This document shows, in pieces, positions 22,528 through 25,344 of a stretch of DNA of 25,344 bases (position 1 is its first letter; every line of letters starts with the position of its first letter). The position numbers were made by a program, and so were the translations under genes. Source of the stretch: Candidatus Diapherotrites archaeon CG10_big_fil_rev_8_21_14_0_10_31_34 (GTDB lineage Archaea; Iainarchaeota; Iainarchaeia; Iainarchaeales; 1-14-0-10-31-34). The notes below the pieces were generated by a model. The model was given only the letters and a program-made list of their open reading frames with translations. It did not search any database and had not been told where the DNA came from. The stretch covers positions 6,296 to 31,639 of the forward strand of contig PFAI01000021.1 of NCBI GenBank assembly GCA_002763225.1, in the 5' to 3' direction.

Positions 22528-24903
22528 TTAAAGTTCTCTTAAATAACCCCATGTATGCAGTTTGTCTGAGTCTTCAAACCATCTGTTTCCAATATCATAT
22601 CTGTAATACATGTGAGGGATATTAATATTTTTTACTCTTGAATACATTTGATTTTGTGCTTGTTTCATTGTTTGCCCGGTTCCGCAGACAATTAATGCTA
22701 CTCCTGCTGTTCCTGTTATAATCCATTCTCCGTTGACTAATTTAATGTCTTCAATATGAACTCCTTCTGTTGGTTTTTTGAAGTATACAATTGAGTCTTT
22801 TGATTTTACGTCAAATGTTTCTTGGTCTGTGAATGGAAAAGGAGGAACAACTAATCTTAATCCTACTTGGAATCCAGTTTTTGTTTTGAGTTTTGGGGTT
22901 TCTCCTTTAGAGAGTTCATGCAGGAATTCTCCTATTGGAGTAATCATTCCTTCTTGTTGAATGCTTATTGTTGGATAACCAAATCTGGAAGTCCATTCCA
23001 ATGGATAAATTCCATTATTGTTTACAATGCAGTTAATGTCAATATATCCAATATAATTTTCTTCAATTAATTTTGCTTCCATTTTTTTTAGTGTGTGATT
23101 GAATATTTTGTTTGGTTCGCTCCAAAACATAAAAGTGTTTCCGCACCAATATGGTTTTCCGTTTCTTCTTATATACATTATGTGATTTTTTACTGTTGCG
23201 CAATAAACTTTTCCAGAGTATTTTTCTTTTTTAATGTCTCTTTTGTCTATCCATGAATTAATTTTTTTTACTCTTTCATGTACTTCGTATTGCGGTCTTG
23301 TTGATTCAGCGTAATGGTCTTTTATCCAGAGTTTTCCATATCTTTCTCTTTTTTTTATTATTCCTATTTTTCCGGTTTTAAGAAGCAGTTCTTGAATGTC
23401 GTCTGCAAGTTTTTTTGAAGAAGTATAAAATATTCTGTATCCTCCTTTCATTTCTGTTGCATCCCCTAAAGCAAACCATTCAAGGAATAAATTAATTTGT
23501 CTTGGACTTAAACTTTTTATGAATTCAGGAACATATTTTTCGTGTGCTTTGCCGAATTTGCTTAAATATTCGCCAAACTGTTTGTCTTGAAAGTAAAATT
23601 GGTTTTTTGTTTTTGAAAAACTGAACTGCATTTTTTCAAGCAGTCCTTTAATTAATTTTGTTTGTTCTGCTTTTTTTTGGGCAATACTTATTCGGTTGTT
23701 TGTTGTGCTTCCGTCTGCAAGCCAGATTCCTGTAAAAGAAAGCCAGTCATCCATTTCAATTTTTTGTTCGCCTGTTTCATGAAGCATTACTTGTCTTCCT
23801 TCATAATGCCCTATCTGGACTGAAGGAAGAATAAAATATTTTTTTTCTATGCCAATCCATTTTCCTGTTCTTTTTATCAGTGACTGGTGCCCTAAATTTT
23901 TTGCTTTGACAAACTTGAATGAATTTTTTTTGTTTCTTGCATTCCATTGGCTTGAAACATACATATTATGATCTAAAGTTACTTTTATGTCAAGAGTTTG
24001 GTTTTGAATTGAAATCAGTTCTTTGTGGTGGTCAAAAACAACAAGTTCTTCTGGTTCATTGAATTCAATTTCATGGTTTAATGGATTTAAAGTGCATATT
24101 TTATCTTTATAGTTTAATTCTCTGAAAAATTTCCATCCATTGTCTGTTAATACTTCTGTTTGCTCGTCATAGCATCCCATTTCTCCTGTGCTTGGACCTA
24201 AATTTCCTGGAAAAAGTTTTTTGTTTTCAAAATTCACATTAATTGGATAAATAAATTCTTTTCCGTTAAAAAATGCGCCTACTGCAACTTCTACTCCTGA
24301 AACTCTTTTTTGAAGCTGGAATACAGGAATTTTTTTTGCCCAGGCTTTATTATAGTCTTCTAAAACCTGCATGACATCTTTTCCGTCTTCTTCTTCTCCG
24401 ATAAAAAGCATTCCTTTAATGTTTTGCGCTTCTCCGCTTGGTTTTATTACATATTTATGGGGGTTTGCTTTAACAAATTCTATTGCTTCTTCAAATGAAG
24501 TAAAATCTTTGTATGGAAGAATTGGTACTCCTGCGTTTTTTAGTTCTTCTTGTCCAAAAGCTCTGTCATCTTCTAATTGGTCAGTGTAAGGTGTTCCGCC
24601 AATAACATTTTTTCCTTGTTCTCTTAATTTTTTTGCTATTGTTCCTTGCCCTAAAACATCATCAAAAATTATGGTGTCTGCCCAGTCAACTTCTTTTTCC
24701 CAGTTATCAACTTTTTCTATGAATCCGTCTGCAACTTCTTTGTCTTCAGGGTTTTCAGTGGAATATTTTACTTCATGGCCTTCTTTTTTTAATTGCCATG
24801 CAAGGTCGCCTGTTAATGCGTCAAGTGAAACAAACAAAAACTTTTTTGCTTCAATTTTATGGTTATTTTTTGTTTCAATTTTGTGGTTGTTTTTTGTTTC
24901 CAT
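22528..24903 (-). CDS. purD: Phosphoribosylamine-glycine ligase-like ATP-grasp protein containing an intein
   Basis: LEDDRAFG, YVIKP, FENKKLFPGNLGPSTGEMG|T, LEWTSRFGYP; divergent PurD-like form, function not certain. Confidence 0.75.
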   Translation of the reverse strand: METKNNHKIETKNNHKIEAKKFLFVSLDALTGDLAWQLKKEGHEVKYSTENPEDKEVADGFIEKVDNWEKEVDWADTIIFDDVLGQGTIAKKLREQGKNVIGGTPYTDQLEDDRAFGQEELKNAGVPILPYKDFTSFEEAIEFVKANPHKYVIKPSGEAQNIKGMLFIGEEEDGKDVMQVLEDYNKAWAKKIPVFQLQKRVSGVEVAVGAFFNGKEFIYPINVNFENKKLFPGNLGPSTGEMGCYDEQTEVLTDNGWKFFRELNYKDKICTLNPLNHEIEFNEPEELVVFDHHKELISIQNQTLDIKVTLDHNMYVSSQWNARNKKNSFKFVKAKNLGHQSLIKRTGKWIGIEKKYFILPSVQIGHYEGRQVMLHETGEQKIEMDDWLSFTGIWLADGSTTNNRISIAQKKAEQTKLIKGLLEKMQFSFSKTKNQFYFQDKQFGEYLSKFGKAHEKYVPEFIKSLSPRQINLFLEWFALGDATEMKGGYRIFYTSSKKLADDIQELLLKTGKIGIIKKRERYGKLWIKDHYAESTRPQYEVHERVKKINSWIDKRDIKKEKYSGKVYCATVKNHIMYIRRNGKPYWCGNTFMFWSEPNKIFNHTLKKMEAKLIEENYIGYIDINCIVNNNGIYPLEWTSRFGYPTISIQQEGMITPIGEFLHELSKGETPKLKTKTGFQVGLRLVVPPFPFTDQETFDVKSKDSIVYFKKPTEGVHIEDIKLVNGEWIITGTAGVALIVCGTGQTMKQAQNQMYSRVKNINIPHMYYRYDIGNRWFEDSDKLHTWGYLREL
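23137..24174 (-). mobile_element. Intein (346 aa) with LAGLIDADG homing endonuclease
   Basis: Block A CYDEQTEVLT, block B VTLDHNM, GIWLADGS and EWFALGDA motifs, YSGKVYC, end WCGN followed by Thr. Confidence 0.92.
24850..24900. repeat. 24-bp tandem duplication (ETKNNHKI x2) at the PurD-like N-terminus
   Basis: Units 24850-24873 and 24874-24897 differ at two synonymous positions. Confidence 0.85.
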
Positions 24904-24990
24904 ATAAATCAGATAAATTAATGTTAATCAAATATTTTTTTTTATCCTTTAATAAATTATATTATAGTATTTGTTTTTATTTTGTTTTGT

Positions 24991-25344
24991 TTAAATTAAC
25001 AGCATTAAAGCAAAACCTGTTGCTATTGGAATAGTATAATTGTCTTCTATTGGAAGGTATTCCATTGCCATTCCTGTTGCTGCTGCAGTTAAAGCAATTG
25101 AATAAGGAAACAAAAAAGATAAATAGAAAAAAGAAATTAAAATTCCTGCAATGCTTCCTTCTAATGTTTTGTCCTGTATTTTGATTTTTCCGATTAATTT
25201 TCCAAAGACTGTTGAAAAACTGTCTCCAAAAACTAATGGGATTATTGCTCCAATAAACAATAAAATATTGTTGTAAAACAAGATTCCTGCTAAAAGAGTT
25301 CCAGTAAAAAAAGTTAGTGCGCCTTTTCCGGGAATATCTTTTTC
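24991..25344 (-). CDS. SEC59/DGK1/VTE5-like polyprenol or diacylglycerol kinase, 5' end beyond the window
   Basis: Frame open to the window edge (EKDIPGKGALTFF...); GDSFSTVFGK.IGK, KTLEGS, DNYTIP. Confidence 0.85.
   Translation of the reverse strand, partial: EKDIPGKGALTFFTGTLLAGILFYNNILLFIGAIIPLVFGDSFSTVFGKLIGKIKIQDKTLEGSIAGILISFFYLSFLFPYSIALTAAATGMAMEYLPIEDNYTIPIATGFALMLLI

Noticed and set aside
6143..25034. Numerous 60-115 aa ORFs antisense to or nested in long genes
   Set aside because: Shadow frames of well-supported genes, without motifs or RBS.

Overview
AT-rich archaeal genomic DNA, probably from a DPANN-type lineage (inferred from NMD3, a beta-CASP RNase, an ADP-forming acyl-CoA synthetase beta subunit, intron-containing tRNAs without encoded CCA, TATA promoters and Cys-rich lipoproteins). 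1-5.4 kb is a cassette of surface and membrane proteins. 5.6-10.4 kb is an element integrated at the 3' end of tRNA-Asp(GUC), with a phage-satellite (PICI-like) layout: tyrosine integrase, divergent regulators, small ORFs, a helicase-like NTPase with an internal iteron array, and a terminase-small-subunit-like gene, with no capsid gene visible. The rest is mostly housekeeping: glutaredoxin, ArsR, ZIP, thermonuclease, bacterial-type MEP genes ispG and ispE, acdB, beta-CASP RNase, nmd3, a RelE-type TA pair and an intein-bearing PurD-like ligase. The most unusual signal is a short palindromic unit (TTTTGNT plus a 20-23 bp palindrome) found six times at three loci. It makes up most of the tRNA-Asp intron, forms the inverted ends of the tRNA-Arg(CCU) intron, and occurs free in an intergenic region with compensatory base changes. 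An unidentified GC-rich structured RNA candidate abuts tRNA-Arg. All family assignments come from motif recognition by eye; no database searches were run.
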